Positions 9,258-19,278 of a DNA stretch of 64,000 nt are shown piece after piece. The position numbers and the translations under genes are program-made. Each line of letters begins with the position of its first letter. Positions within the stretch are counted from its first letter, which is position 1. The stretch comes from Polyangiaceae bacterium (GTDB taxonomy: Bacteria > Myxococcota_A > Polyangia > Polyangiales > Polyangiaceae): the NCBI GenBank assembly GCA_965222375.1, contig CBDCTZ010000015.1:352001-416000 (forward strand), written 5' to 3'. The notes under the pieces are model-generated. The model was not told the DNA's origin. It made no database searches and saw only the letters and a list, made by a program, of their open reading frames with translations.

Positions 9258-11057
9258 TCAGCGCTTCAAGTTGACCGCGGCGCGCGCCAGCGTCCGCGCC
9301 AGCGCAGAGGTGGAGAATGGCTTTTCGAGTACACGCTCTGGATCAACGGACAGACCACGTTGACTCAGCGCGTCTCCAGGGTAGCCGGACATGAATACGA
9401 CGTTCTGTGCGCCCAGCTCGCGCGCGAGCGTCGGACCGTCCATTTCCGGCATCACGACGTCGCTGAGCAGCAAGTCGAACTGCTCCACGAACTCGGTGCC
9501 ACGGCCCAGGGCCTCACCGGGGCCGCTGAGCGCCGTGACCTGATGGCCAATCTCGACCAACGCGCGTTCGACGACTGAGCGGACCGCGGCATCATCTTCG
9601 ACTAGCAGGATCCGAAGCTTCTGAGTCAGCGCAGACTCGCCTGCGTCGGAGGGATCCGAAGCCACTTCCGTCGCCGCAGGCCAATACACGACGAAGGTGC
9701 TGCCACCACCGGGAACGTCGGTCACCTCGATCGTTCCCCCTGCTCGAGACACGATGCCGAAAACGGTAGCGAGCCCCAAACCAGTGCCTTGGCCGGGGGC
9801 CTTGCTGGTGTAGAAGGGCTCGAAGATCCGTTCGCGATCTTCTGGAGCGATTCCAGGCCCCCGGTCTGTAACGGATAGCTGCAGCCCCTCCAGCCCCTCC
9901 CGTTCTTGCCTCAGTGTACGGATCTGGATCTTGCCACCCTCGGGCATGGCGTCACGGGCGTTGACCGCGAGGTTCAGGATCACTTGGGTGAATTGACCAA
10001 CATCCCCACAAATTGGTTCAACGCTGCCATCGAGTTGCACCTCGAGCACATAGTCTTCGCCGAGCAGTCTTCGCAGCAGGCCTGATGCCTCGTCGACTGC
10101 GGCGTTCGGGTCCATGACCTGCAGCCGAACCACTGGTTGACGACCGAACGCCAACAGTTGTCGCGTGAGATCCGCGGCACGCTGGCTTGCGACATCTATC
10201 TGGTTCACTCGATCTGCACTGACACCCTCTCGCCGCAGCAGTTCGACGTTGCCAATGATCACCGTCAGCAGGTTGTTGAAGTCGTGAGCAACTCCGCCGG
10301 CAAGCCGCCCGAGGCTTTCCATTCGCTCAGACCGTGCTAGTCGACGCCGAAGCGCTGCCTCTTCTTCCTGTGCGCGCACCCGGTCTGAAGTATCGCGAAC
10401 GACCGCGAGCACCTCACCGGGGCCTAGCCGGGTTACGCTAACTTCGACGTCAACCACGTTGCCGCTAGCATGCCGCAACTGGCGCGAGATGACGTAGCGG
10501 TCCTCGTCCCGTAGACGAGACAGCTGCATGGGATTGTCACCCAAGTCAGCGATGCCCTGGTCCGCGGACATCCCAAGCACCTGCTCGCGTGAGTACCCCA
10601 GCATGTCGCACAGCCTGGCGTTGACTTCCAGCGGCTTTGCTTCGCCGTCCATGATCATGATGCCGTCGCCTGCGGCCTCGAACAGGCGACTGTAGCGAGA
10701 CTCCGTACGACGCTGCTCGCTCAGATCTCGCACCGCCGACACGCGCATGTGATGTCCATCGACCTGGGCGAGGCGCCCGCGGATTTCGGCCGGAAACTGA
10801 GAGCCGTCACACCGCAACCCAGTGGTCTCATAAGGCGCACTACTTTCCTGATCGATGGCACTAGCTACCCGTTTGTGGTCGCGCGCAACGACGAACTCGA
10901 TCGCGTGGCGCCCCAAGATCTGGGCGCGGTCGCCCCGGAGCATTTCGACCAAAGCGTCGTTGCATTCGATGATGACTCCGTCATCAAGCAACGCCACGCC
11001 CTCAAAAGCCGCTGCAGCCAAGGCGCGCCAGCGCGGTTCATCAACAGAGGAAGGCAT
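9258..11057 (-). CDS. Hybrid sensor histidine kinase/response regulator (2xPAS-HisKA-HATPase-REC)
   Basis: GGVAHDFNNLL, NLAVNARDAM, GTGLGL, receiver LLSDVVMP. Confidence 0.93.
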   Translation of the reverse strand: MPSSVDEPRWRALAAAAFEGVALLDDGVIIECNDALVEMLRGDRAQILGRHAIEFVVARDHKRVASAIDQESSAPYETTGLRCDGSQFPAEIRGRLAQVDGHHMRVSAVRDLSEQRRTESRYSRLFEAAGDGIMIMDGEAKPLEVNARLCDMLGYSREQVLGMSADQGIADLGDNPMQLSRLRDEDRYVISRQLRHASGNVVDVEVSVTRLGPGEVLAVVRDTSDRVRAQEEEAALRRRLARSERMESLGRLAGGVAHDFNNLLTVIIGNVELLRREGVSADRVNQIDVASQRAADLTRQLLAFGRQPVVRLQVMDPNAAVDEASGLLRRLLGEDYVLEVQLDGSVEPICGDVGQFTQVILNLAVNARDAMPEGGKIQIRTLRQEREGLEGLQLSVTDRGPGIAPEDRERIFEPFYTSKAPGQGTGLGLATVFGIVSRAGGTIEVTDVPGGGSTFVVYWPAATEVASDPSDAGESALTQKLRILLVEDDAAVRSVVERALVEIGHQVTALSGPGEALGRGTEFVEQFDLLLSDVVMPEMDGPTLARELGAQNVVFMSGYPGDALSQRGLSVDPERVLEKPFSTSALARTLARAAVNLKR

Positions 11058-11128
11058 CGGGCCCCATCTTGCCTCGTGGTCGGGCAGAAGTCATCGAGGC
11101 TGTCTCGACAACGCGATTTAGCATCAGG

Positions 11129-12000
11129 TCAGCTTGACAGCTGCTGCTTATCTTGGGTCTTGGTGTCGAAGTCGCTTGCGTCGTGACGCTCGTGCAACTG
11201 CGATTCCGGCTTGCCAAAGGACCGATTGACCATGCGTCCACGCTTGGCAGCGGGGCGCGCGGCGATCTCCTGGGTCCACCGATTCACGTGGGTGTAGCCG
11301 GCAGCGTCCAGGAACTCGGCAGCGTCATAAACATGACCTGCGACAAGTGCTCCATACCAAGGCCACGTCGCGATGTCCGCAATCGTACACTCATCACCAG
11401 CCAGGAAGCGGCTTTCAGCGAGCCGCTTGTCCAACACATCGAGCTGGCGTTTCGCCTCCATGGCAAAGCGGTCGATGGCGTACTCGATCTTGACGGGCGC
11501 ATAGGCGTAGAAATGGCCGAAGCCACCACCGAGATAAGGAGCAGCGCCCATCTGCCAAAACAGCCAGGACAAGCACTCCGCCCTGCCACGCGGATCCCTT
11601 GGAAGCAACGCGCCAAACCTCTCGGCCAAGTACAAGAGGATGGCACCGGACTCGAACACGCGTGTTGGTGGGTCCGTAGTTCGGTCGACCATCGCAGGGA
11701 TCTTCGAGTTTGGGTTGATCTGGACGAAGCCACTGCCGAATTGCTCGCCTTCCAAGATGTTGATCAACCATGCGTCGTACTCGGCACCGCTGTGACCCAG
11801 GGCTAGCAGCTCTTCAAACATCACAGTGACCTTCACGCCGTTGGGTGTCGCGAGGGAATACACCTGAAACGGGTGTTCTCCGACGGGTAGCTCCTTGTCG
11901 TGAGTCGCGCCGGCGATTGGGCGATTGATCTTTGAAAACCGGCCTCCGCTTTCGCTATCCCAAGACCAGACTTTCGGGGGGTGTAGGAGGGTTGGGTCAC
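11129..12000 (-). CDS. yghU: Glutathione-dependent disulfide-bond oxidoreductase (YghU-like GST) with a 1-nt frameshift near the start
   Basis: PPKVWSW...YSLATPNGVKV...NPNSKIP...FESGAIL...HERHDASDF. GTG 12000 gives MTQPSYTP, which joins PKVW only if the G6 run at 11976-11981 had seven G. Confidence 0.85.
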
Positions 12001-12176
12001 GGCTCGAGATCCGTTCGTAGTGGGCTGCAACAGGAGTACTACCTGATGAAACGCTTGTGCCTAGAGGCCCTATGTAGAGTGGTACCCTGGAAGTCAACCC
12101 CGTCTGGAGCGATCCGAAGCGTCGAATGTCATGGGCGCCGTCGCGGGGGCGACGACACAGCCGTATGCTGCCCGGC

Positions 12177-13091
12177 GTGGAGGAACAGTCGAGCCCCAAA
12201 CTCTCGCGCGTCATGGGGCGCCGGAGCCCTCACCGTCTACGCCGTCGGCGACATTCTTGGTGCCGGCATCTACGCCCTGGTCGCAAAGTCTCGGGCGAGG
12301 CGGGCCGTGGGCTGAGCCTGGAGGATCTGGGCGAGCGCCCGAGCCCACACGCTGGCGGCTCTGGCGTCCTCGCTGGTGCGAGCCCGTTCTACGCATACGT
12401 TGGCTTCGAGGACGCCGCCAACGTCGCGGAGGAGGTCAAGGCCCCTGAACGCGCTCTGCCGCGAGCGATCTTGACGGCGCTGGTGGTCTCGACGTTGCTC
12501 TATCTTGCCGTATCGGTGGCGGCGCTGTTGACCGTGCCAACGGGAGAGCTCGCCAGCTCGAGCGCGCCGCTCCTCGCAGTGCTCGATGCCGCAGGTGTGC
12601 CGGTACCTCGTGGCGCGTTCTCCATCGTGGCGCTCTTTGCCATCTGCAACACGAGCCTACTGAATCTCATCATGGCGTCGCGTCTGCTCTACGGAATGTC
12701 GCGAGAGGGGCTGCTACCTGCAGCATTGGGACGCTTGCATGAGCGACGCCGAACCCCGCATCTAGCTGTCGTGCTCACCCTCGTGCTAGCCGCTTTGCTT
12801 GCGTTGAGCGGCGGCATGACGTTTCTCGCTCAGCTCACCGCGCTCTTACTGCTGATCGTGTTCCTGGTGCTGCACGCTTCACTCCTGCGCATCAAGCGCC
12901 GCTTCGGCCACGCCGCCGAAAACGCCTTCGTCGCGCCGCGTTGGGTCCCGATTGTGGGCTCGGTCTTGTGCTTGCTCCTCACCTCGCAGTTTCCGGCAAA
13001 GTCCTACCTTGGCGCAGGGGTGGTCATCGCCGCTGCCCTCGTCGTCTACGCTGCGGTCCCCCGCGCTCCGAACGCTACGGCAGCCCGCTGA
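12177..13091 (+). pseudogene. APC-family amino acid permease with two frameshifts and an apparent internal deletion
   Basis: KLSRVMG / AGALTVYAVGDILGAGIYALV / KVSGEAG alternate between frames. The sequence then jumps to FYAYVGFEDAANVAEEVK, skipping several TM helices. Confidence 0.75.
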
Positions 13092-13138
13092 AGCCAACGC
13101 TGCCCCGGGGCGATCCGATGGTCGTCCTCACACGCGCG

Positions 13139-13666
13139 TCACTGGCATCGGCCGGAGTCGGCCCCTTGCCCGCCCGGTTGCTTGCAGGTCGACATGGTTG
13201 GGCCGTACCCGCCCGTGGCGCAAACGCCTTTGGGACAGTTCAAACTGTTGAATTTCTTGCTCAGTGCTTCGAGTTCGTCGATCTCAGCCTTATTGCTCGA
13301 ATCCATAAAGTCCCAATGCCCACACGGCGGTAGGTAGACCTGGACCGAGCAGGTGCTGGGTCCGCCGAGCAACGAACACTCTTTCGCCTTCTGCAAGGCC
13401 GCCTCGTGCTGCGCCAGGATCGCATCGCATTGGCCCGTGCCTCCCGTGCCCCCTTCGATGCCGCCGTCGGGTGTCGACCCCGCCGAGCCCGCCGAGCTCC
13501 CGGCACTTCCCGCGGCACCGCCGGATGCCCCGGCGGCACCACCCGTGGCCGCACCCGCTTCGCCGGCTGCACCACCGCTCGAGGGCGAATCTTCAGACGT
13601 CCCGGCACATGCAACAAAGGATGCGAGGAAACCGAAACACACGAATCGGAAGCTGCACATTGTCAT
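13139..13666 (-). CDS. Cys-rich lipoprotein with Gly/Ala/Ser linker
   Basis: GGAG before ATG 13666, lipobox FVAC, GGAAG linker, Cys-rich C-terminal domain. Confidence 0.7.
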   Translation of the reverse strand: MTMCSFRFVCFGFLASFVACAGTSEDSPSSGGAAGEAGAATGGAAGASGGAAGSAGSSAGSAGSTPDGGIEGGTGGTGQCDAILAQHEAALQKAKECSLLGGPSTCSVQVYLPPCGHWDFMDSSNKAEIDELEALSKKFNSLNCPKGVCATGGYGPTMSTCKQPGGQGADSGRCQ

Positions 13667-13888
13667 TCTCCGGCTGGTCGTTGCTGCAACCCGAGTGACG
13701 GGTTCAATACCAATCCTAGACGCAACCCTCATGCCGACACTGCCCCCAAGAAGCTCGCAAACGAGCAGCGCCAAAACCGCAGCGGAGGTGCCGATCCGGA
13801 AGGCGAGCGCCCTCGCTACTCGCAGGCCGCAAACAAACGTCCAGCAGCGCCCGAATCAAATGGCACAGTGTGGCACACAGGTCGGTGG

Positions 13889-14470
13889 CTACCCGCCGCC
13901 AGCCGCTTTCGTCGCGGATAGGATCTCCGAGATGCTCACGCGCTCTTTGTAGGTCTCGAGAAATCCGCGCCATGCAACCTTGCCAGCCTTGTCGATCACA
14001 TAGACGGCTGGCCACGCGATCTCATTGCCGACGTCGAACACGCCAAAAGCCTTCGTCAGCTTGTGGTCCGTGTCACTGAGGATCGGGTAGGCCAGGCTCA
14101 ACTTCTGCGCCAGAGCCTTGGAGTCATCGACCGTGTCCACGCTCAGCGCGACCAGCTCAGCTCCGAGTTCCGTGAACCTCGCATGACTCTTTTGCAGCTC
14201 ACCTAGCTGCTTTCGGCAGTAGGGTCACCAATGGCCACGAAAGAAGACCAGCACCGTCGTCTTTTCGCCACGACTCCACTCACCGCGAGTCGTAGGGATC
14301 TTGTTCAGCGCTGGCGCCACTGCGCCCACGGCCAGAGCCGACGCGTCGATGCCCTTTGGCGCGGAGTTGCGCCGCGCCTGCGCTGGGGCCTTGGACTTCC
14401 CCGGCGATTCACAGCCCGGCGCCAACGCCGCGAGGGCCAGGGCAGATGCGCAGGCGACCATGAATCTCAT
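13889..14470 (-). CDS. Peroxiredoxin-like (AhpC/TSA, thioredoxin-fold) selenoprotein, lipoprotein, UxxC motif, 193 aa
   Basis: In-frame TGA at 14227-14225 reads VLVFFRGHW-U-PYCRKQLGEL, continuing in frame to ELVALSVD...YPILSD...PAVYVIDKAG. SECIS-like hairpin follows. N-terminal lipobox-like APGC. Confidence 0.88.
14194..14210 (-). promoter_or_regulatory. Candidate bacterial SECIS hairpin
   Basis: GCAGCT-AGGTG-AGCTGC: perfect 6-bp stem with a G-containing loop that starts 20 nt after the UGA. Confidence 0.7.
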
Positions 14471-14479
14471 GCTTGGAGT

Positions 14480-15490
14480 TTACCTCACCGGGCGCATGCG
14501 TGTCTGACCATCGCGTTGGGTGCTGAGATGCAGCTCCATGATGCCCTTCGGCGACGTGGTACGACTGACGACGTCGAAGGTCATGCTGCTCGTCTTCTTC
14601 GGGGGGAGCAGCTTGGGGTCCGTGGGGAAGAGCCCCGTGAGACGCGCGCGCAGCTTGCCGCGCACGACCTTCGTGTCTTTCGGCAATCCGGGCAGGTGCT
14701 CGATGTCCGCCTCCATGCGGCCCAGGACTTCCAAACAAGGCACGCCTTCGACCTGTCGCTCGGCTACTAGGGTGGTCTTCCCGTTCAGACTGCGCAACTT
14801 GGCAATGCCCTCCTCTTCCATCGACTGCTTGCCACGCTTGCTGTTGATGGGCCAGCTCTCACCGATGGCTCGCGGCTCCGACGTGCCGAAGATTTCTTGA
14901 TCGTTGGCGCGGCTCTTGCGCAAGGAGATGACTAGCTTGGCCGCAGCGAGTTGCTCTTTGCTGAGCGGTCCCGCGCTCGAGGTGATGGATCGCTCCGCTT
15001 TGCCGCCACGCTGCACTGTGAGGACCGTGCCTGGCTTGAAGATCGGCTTCATTCCCCGGCCCATTCGCGCGGCAAAGCGCTTGATCGTGTAGCGGGTACG
15101 GCTTGGGCGCCCCTTGACGGTAACGGCAAGAACTTCAGTGACCGCTTCGAACTCGACATGTTGACGAAGAGTTTGGTTCTTCACGACCTTCCCGTTCTGA
15201 ATGACTCGCTGGGAGGTCAGATCCGAAACCGTGCGAGTCAGACGCACGCGTTCCCCAACCCTCGCTTTGCGGAACAACACAACGCGGAACTTGCCGTCCG
15301 GCACCGCCGCGACGGGCGGTTCGTCCGCAGCGATTTCCGCGGAGTGTTCCCCTCCCGGCGCGGGAGTTTCTTCCGCGCCCGCCGCGGCAGGCGGGTCCGG
15401 CTGGGTGGATGCGCTCTGCGCTGCGGGTTTCGGACCGCAGGCGACCAGCAAGGCGGACAACAGGGCACATAGGAGGGCAGGTCGGCACAT
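14480..15490 (-). CDS. Hypothetical lipoprotein
   Basis: 336 aa, lipobox LVAC, 9 bp upstream of the selenoprotein gene (probable operon). Confidence 0.75.
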   Translation of the reverse strand: MCRPALLCALLSALLVACGPKPAAQSASTQPDPPAAAGAEETPAPGGEHSAEIAADEPPVAAVPDGKFRVVLFRKARVGERVRLTRTVSDLTSQRVIQNGKVVKNQTLRQHVEFEAVTEVLAVTVKGRPSRTRYTIKRFAARMGRGMKPIFKPGTVLTVQRGGKAERSITSSAGPLSKEQLAAAKLVISLRKSRANDQEIFGTSEPRAIGESWPINSKRGKQSMEEEGIAKLRSLNGKTTLVAERQVEGVPCLEVLGRMEADIEHLPGLPKDTKVVRGKLRARLTGLFPTDPKLLPPKKTSSMTFDVVSRTTSPKGIMELHLSTQRDGQTRMRPVR

Positions 15491-15575
15491 GGCCCGAGAT
15501 TAGGAAAAAAAAGTCGGTTTTGCGTGATCACTTTGGAGTCCGGATTGCGCGTTCCCCTTTGAAGGGAGATTCCGC

Positions 15576-15980
15576 ATGAAGAGACGACTCGACGGTTTTG
15601 TGGCAATTGCGCTGATTTTGGCTGGTGCAGCAGCCCCGGGCTGCGGAGGGGATGGCGGGGCAAACCCCGGCGGCGGCGGAGGGAGCGGCGGGGGCGGGAC
15701 AGGCGCCTCTACGCTGTCCGTCGAATTGGCCGCTGGCAACATCGACCGCGACGCCGGCGACGAGCTGGTAGTCGTATTCAACCAGATGGACCTGCCCCAG
15801 CGCTCTGGCATCGCGAGCTACTGGGTGTTCGACGACGAAAAAGCGGGCTTCGCGGAACTAGTGAAGAACGCGTCCATCAGCGCCACTTCCACAGTGTATC
15901 GCGGCACCATCGGCAGCATTGGCGAAGCCAACTTTGCCGACCATGTCTTCAGCGCTGGACGCCCGCAGACCAGCTCGTAG
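15576..15980 (+). pseudogene. Truncated lipoprotein with one FG-GAP-like motif
   Basis: RBS GGGAG, lipobox-like APGC, Gly linker, GNIDRDAGDELVV. It ends in an antisense kinase fragment. Confidence 0.5.
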
Positions 15981-16033
15981 AGCACGACACCCAGAGACCA
16001 GATGTCGCTGCGCGCGTCGACGTCTCGTGACGA
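15956..16033 (-). pseudogene. Isolated Ser/Thr kinase subdomain IX fragment
   Basis: [26 protein letters not shown] with no flanking kinase sequence. Confidence 0.75.
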
Positions 16034-16095
16034 CCCGCTAGACCGCCTTCGCCGTGCCACTGTCAAGAGTACGCCCGCTCTGACAAAGCGTGCGC

Positions 16096-17559
16096 CTACG
16101 CGAGCAGACCCGTGCGCTGATTGAACTCGGTGATCAGCTCGTCGAGCTTGCCGGCGGTTTCAGGAATCGAGGTCCAATACGAATCGTCGTACCACTGAGC
16201 CTGGATTTCGCCGTAGGTCTTACCCTGCTGTTCCACCCAAGTGTAGTACTTCAAGTTGTGCACCCGCTTCTTCGCCGGGTGCGTCAGCTCTTCCATGAGA
16301 TCGGTGCCCGCGCCCGCGATCCAACGCTGGTGGGCGACAGCGGCGTCCACGTCGGACAGCTCGGCGCGCTCGGCGCGTAGCTCCTCGAGGCGGCTGCCGT
16401 ACATTTCCATGGAGTCCGTGAGCACGGTCACCACGATGCTCTCGCGGCCCAGCTCGAAGTGCTTGGCGAACTTGATTGACGAGATCAGGTTCGCGGCGCC
16501 TGAGATCCCGCACAGAGGCAGGTTCGCTATCAAGGTCTGCGGCACGCCCGCCGCTGCTAGGTACTTCTTGCCCGCTGGCTCGTTGAACAGCCGAATTGCG
16601 GAAATCGACGCCTCGTCATCCACGGCAATCACCACGTCGGTGTTCTTGACGTTGTGGATCCAAGGTACGTGCTTGTCACCAATGCCCTCGATGCGATGCT
16701 CACCAAAGCCATTTCGAAGCAAAGTGGGACACTGAGCAGCTTCGCTGGCGGCAATGCGGCAACCCGGGAAGCGCTTCTTCAGGTAGTCGCCCGAGGCAAT
16801 GGTCCCAGCAGAACCCGTGGTGACCACGAGTCCCGCCAGGCGCCCCCGGGCCCCGAGCTGACTTTCGACAACTTCCGCCATGGCGCGGCCGGTGATCTCG
16901 TGATGCCACAGGTAGTTCCCGAACTCGTCAAACTGGTTGAAGATCGATAGCGCCTGCCCCGAGTTCCGCAGCTCCCAACACTTGTCGAAGATCTCTTTGA
17001 CGTTGCTCTCACTACCCGGGGTTTTGATCACTTCGCCGGCAACTTGCTCGAGCCAGGTGAATCGCTCCTTGCTCATACCCTCGGGCAGGATCGCGATCGA
17101 CTCGCATCCGAGAAGTGCCGAGTCGTAAGCGCCACCACGGCAGTAGTTGCCCGTGGATGGCCACACCGCTTTCTGAGACGTGGGATCGAACTGACCCGTG
17201 ACCAGGCGAGGTGCCAAGCACCCGAAGGCGGCACCGACCTTGTGCGCGCCGGTCGGGAACCACTTGCCAACCAGAGCAATGATGCGAGCGTCAACGCCGG
17301 TGAGCTCCGGCGGGAACTCGACGAAGTTCACCGGCCCGTAGCCACCACCGCTCGCGACCGCTTGGTTGTGCCAGGTGATGCGAAATAGGTTCAGTGGGTT
17401 GACGTCCCACAAACCCACGCCCGCTAGCTTGTCCTTGATCGCAGCGGGGATCAGCGACGGGTTGGCCTGCTGGGCCAAAGTAGGAATAATGATGTTCCGC
17501 TCCCGGGCGCGGCCGACCGCCTTTTCGAGGGTGGCGGTGTCGAGGCTCAAGTCGATCAT
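16096..17559 (-). CDS. PLP-dependent fold-type II enzyme (cysteine synthase / Trp synthase beta superfamily)
   Basis: FPTGAHKVG (PLP lysine), [25 protein letters not shown]. Confidence 0.85.
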   Translation of the reverse strand: MIDLSLDTATLEKAVGRARERNIIIPTLAQQANPSLIPAAIKDKLAGVGLWDVNPLNLFRITWHNQAVASGGGYGPVNFVEFPPELTGVDARIIALVGKWFPTGAHKVGAAFGCLAPRLVTGQFDPTSQKAVWPSTGNYCRGGAYDSALLGCESIAILPEGMSKERFTWLEQVAGEVIKTPGSESNVKEIFDKCWELRNSGQALSIFNQFDEFGNYLWHHEITGRAMAEVVESQLGARGRLAGLVVTTGSAGTIASGDYLKKRFPGCRIAASEAAQCPTLLRNGFGEHRIEGIGDKHVPWIHNVKNTDVVIAVDDEASISAIRLFNEPAGKKYLAAAGVPQTLIANLPLCGISGAANLISSIKFAKHFELGRESIVVTVLTDSMEMYGSRLEELRAERAELSDVDAAVAHQRWIAGAGTDLMEELTHPAKKRVHNLKYYTWVEQQGKTYGEIQAQWYDDSYWTSIPETAGKLDELITEFNQRTGLLA

Positions 17560-17578
17560 GTGATTCGTTTCCTAAGGT

Positions 17579-18799
17579 TCAGGCAAAAACCTGTCGAAGC
17601 GAGTCCAAGGACGCTTCAATGACCGGCGCGCTCTGCTGCGCGGCGCGCTCGGCGGCCGCAATATCTTTCAATCCGTTGCCGGTGATCAACAGCACCACCT
17701 CTTCTGCCCGCGAAACGACGCCCTGGGTCAGCGCCGCCTCCAATCCGGCGTGAGAAGCCGCCGCCGCAGGTTCGGCAAATACCGAAGCGCAGGCAGCTAG
17801 CCGTGCAATCGAGCTCAGGATCTGCTCGTCGCTCACGATCACGAAGCTACCGCCCGTCTCTCGCACGGCGCGAAGCGCCCGCACGCCGTCAGCGGGGCGG
17901 CCAGCGGCAATGCTGTCGGCAAGGGTGTTCGTCTGCTCGGGCGTGATCTGATCTTTGCCGGCCATGAACGCCTTTGCGATGGGTGACGAGCCTTCAGCTT
18001 GGACGCCCAGCAACTTCGGCACACGATCGATGAAGCCCAGGGCGTGCAGTTGCCGAAAACCACCGTACACGCCCATGAGAATGTTGCCGTCGCCCACGGG
18101 CACGACGACTCGATCCGGGGCGCGCCACCCCAACTGTTCGGCGATCTCGAAGCTGACGGTTTTCTTGCCTTCAGCGGTGAAGGGATTCGAGCCCGTATTG
18201 CGACAGTACCAGCTGAACTCCTTGGCAGCCCCTTCGGCGAGTTCGAAGGCGTCATCGTAGCTGCCGCGCACCAGCACCAAGTTGGCGCCAAAGATCTTGA
18301 GTTGTGCGATCTTGGCCGGGGGCGCCGACTCGGGCACCAAGATGACGGCGTCCAGCCCTACACTGCCAGCCATGGCCGCCAGGGCGACTCCTGCGTTGCC
18401 CGTCGACGCCGTGATCACGCGCTCGGCGCGGATCTCTTGGGCACGCAGCGTGACCACTGCGCTCGCGCGATCTTTGAGGGAGCCCGTGGGCTGGCGTCCT
18501 TCGTCTTTGATCCACAGTTTGCCGAGCCCCAACATGCGGGCCATGCGCGCGGCGGCGAACAGCGGCGTGCCACCCACAGTGCTCAAAGGGCCGGCGTCGG
18601 CGCCCGGCGCACCCACCGCGAGCAGCGACGCATACCGCCACATAGATGGGTCACGATTGGCGCTAATCTCTTCGCAACTGGCGGCGCCCGCTTCGACACG
18701 AACCGTGAGGTTTCCGCCGCAGCTTGGGCAGCCGTAGGTTGCCCCGGTGGGTTCGAATCGGCCCTGGCACGCCAGGCAGTCGTAGCCGGCAAAGCTCAT
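17579..18799 (-). CDS. Threonine synthase-like PLP enzyme
   Basis: ATG 18799. N-terminal CLAC/CPSC, PTGSLKDR, ASTGNAG, EGKKT, VPVGDGN, FAEPAAA, ITGNGLKD. Confidence 0.88.
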   Translation of the reverse strand: MSFAGYDCLACQGRFEPTGATYGCPSCGGNLTVRVEAGAASCEEISANRDPSMWRYASLLAVGAPGADAGPLSTVGGTPLFAAARMARMLGLGKLWIKDEGRQPTGSLKDRASAVVTLRAQEIRAERVITASTGNAGVALAAMAGSVGLDAVILVPESAPPAKIAQLKIFGANLVLVRGSYDDAFELAEGAAKEFSWYCRNTGSNPFTAEGKKTVSFEIAEQLGWRAPDRVVVPVGDGNILMGVYGGFRQLHALGFIDRVPKLLGVQAEGSSPIAKAFMAGKDQITPEQTNTLADSIAAGRPADGVRALRAVRETGGSFVIVSDEQILSSIARLAACASVFAEPAAAASHAGLEAALTQGVVSRAEEVVLLITGNGLKDIAAAERAAQQSAPVIEASLDSLRQVFA

Positions 18800-18902
18800 T
18801 ACCCGCCAGATACGATTGCGGCGAGGCGAAGGGAAGGCCGAAGTCATCGTGGGCGCTCCAAGTGCAGTTGACTTAGGTGCCCAAGCTGATCTCGTTGTCC
18901 TC

Positions 18903-19035
18903 CCAGGGTCGCAGTTGCCACTGCTGGCGGCGTAGGCGTTGTCACAAGCCTCGTAGCAAGAGCTCGATGCCTGCTGTTCTTCGCCGGTCGACTCTTCATC
19001 AAAGTCCGCACCACTGCAGCCGGGAGCGCCAAGGG
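18903..19035 (-). pseudogene. Fragment of a myxobacterial-type lipoprotein
   Basis: LGAPGCSGADFDEESTGEEQQASSSCYEACDNAY, without a complete signal peptide or C-terminus. Confidence 0.4.
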
Positions 19036-19058
19036 GACAGATGGAGATGGTTCGGTGG

Positions 19059-19187
19059 GTAGTCGGTGCCCCCGTAGACGGGCACGCTATGCAGCACGAT
19101 ATCGCCTGACCGCAGCAGGGCGCGCAAGGTGGTGGAGATCGCGGCCATGCCACCTTCGAAGGAGGCGCAAATCTCGGCGCCGTCCCA
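19059..19187 (-). pseudogene. Internal fragment of a cystathionine gamma-synthase / methionine gamma-lyase family gene
   Basis: WDGAEICASFEGGMAAISTTLRALLRSGDIVLHSVPVYGGTDY matches the family F-x-S/G-GMAAI...YGGT segment. Confidence 0.7.
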
Positions 19188-19278
19188 GGGGTAGTCCCCT
19201 GCGCTGCAGCTCGGGGGCAGGTCGCCGACTCGGCCCAGAAGTGGCGCAGGGGGCGGAGCAACCTGGTAGGCTCCGGCC

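Noticed and set aside
18800..19261. 154-aa N-terminal extension of the threonine synthase-like ORF
   Set aside because: Family similarity begins at MSFAGYDC (18799). The extension is made of unrelated fragments.
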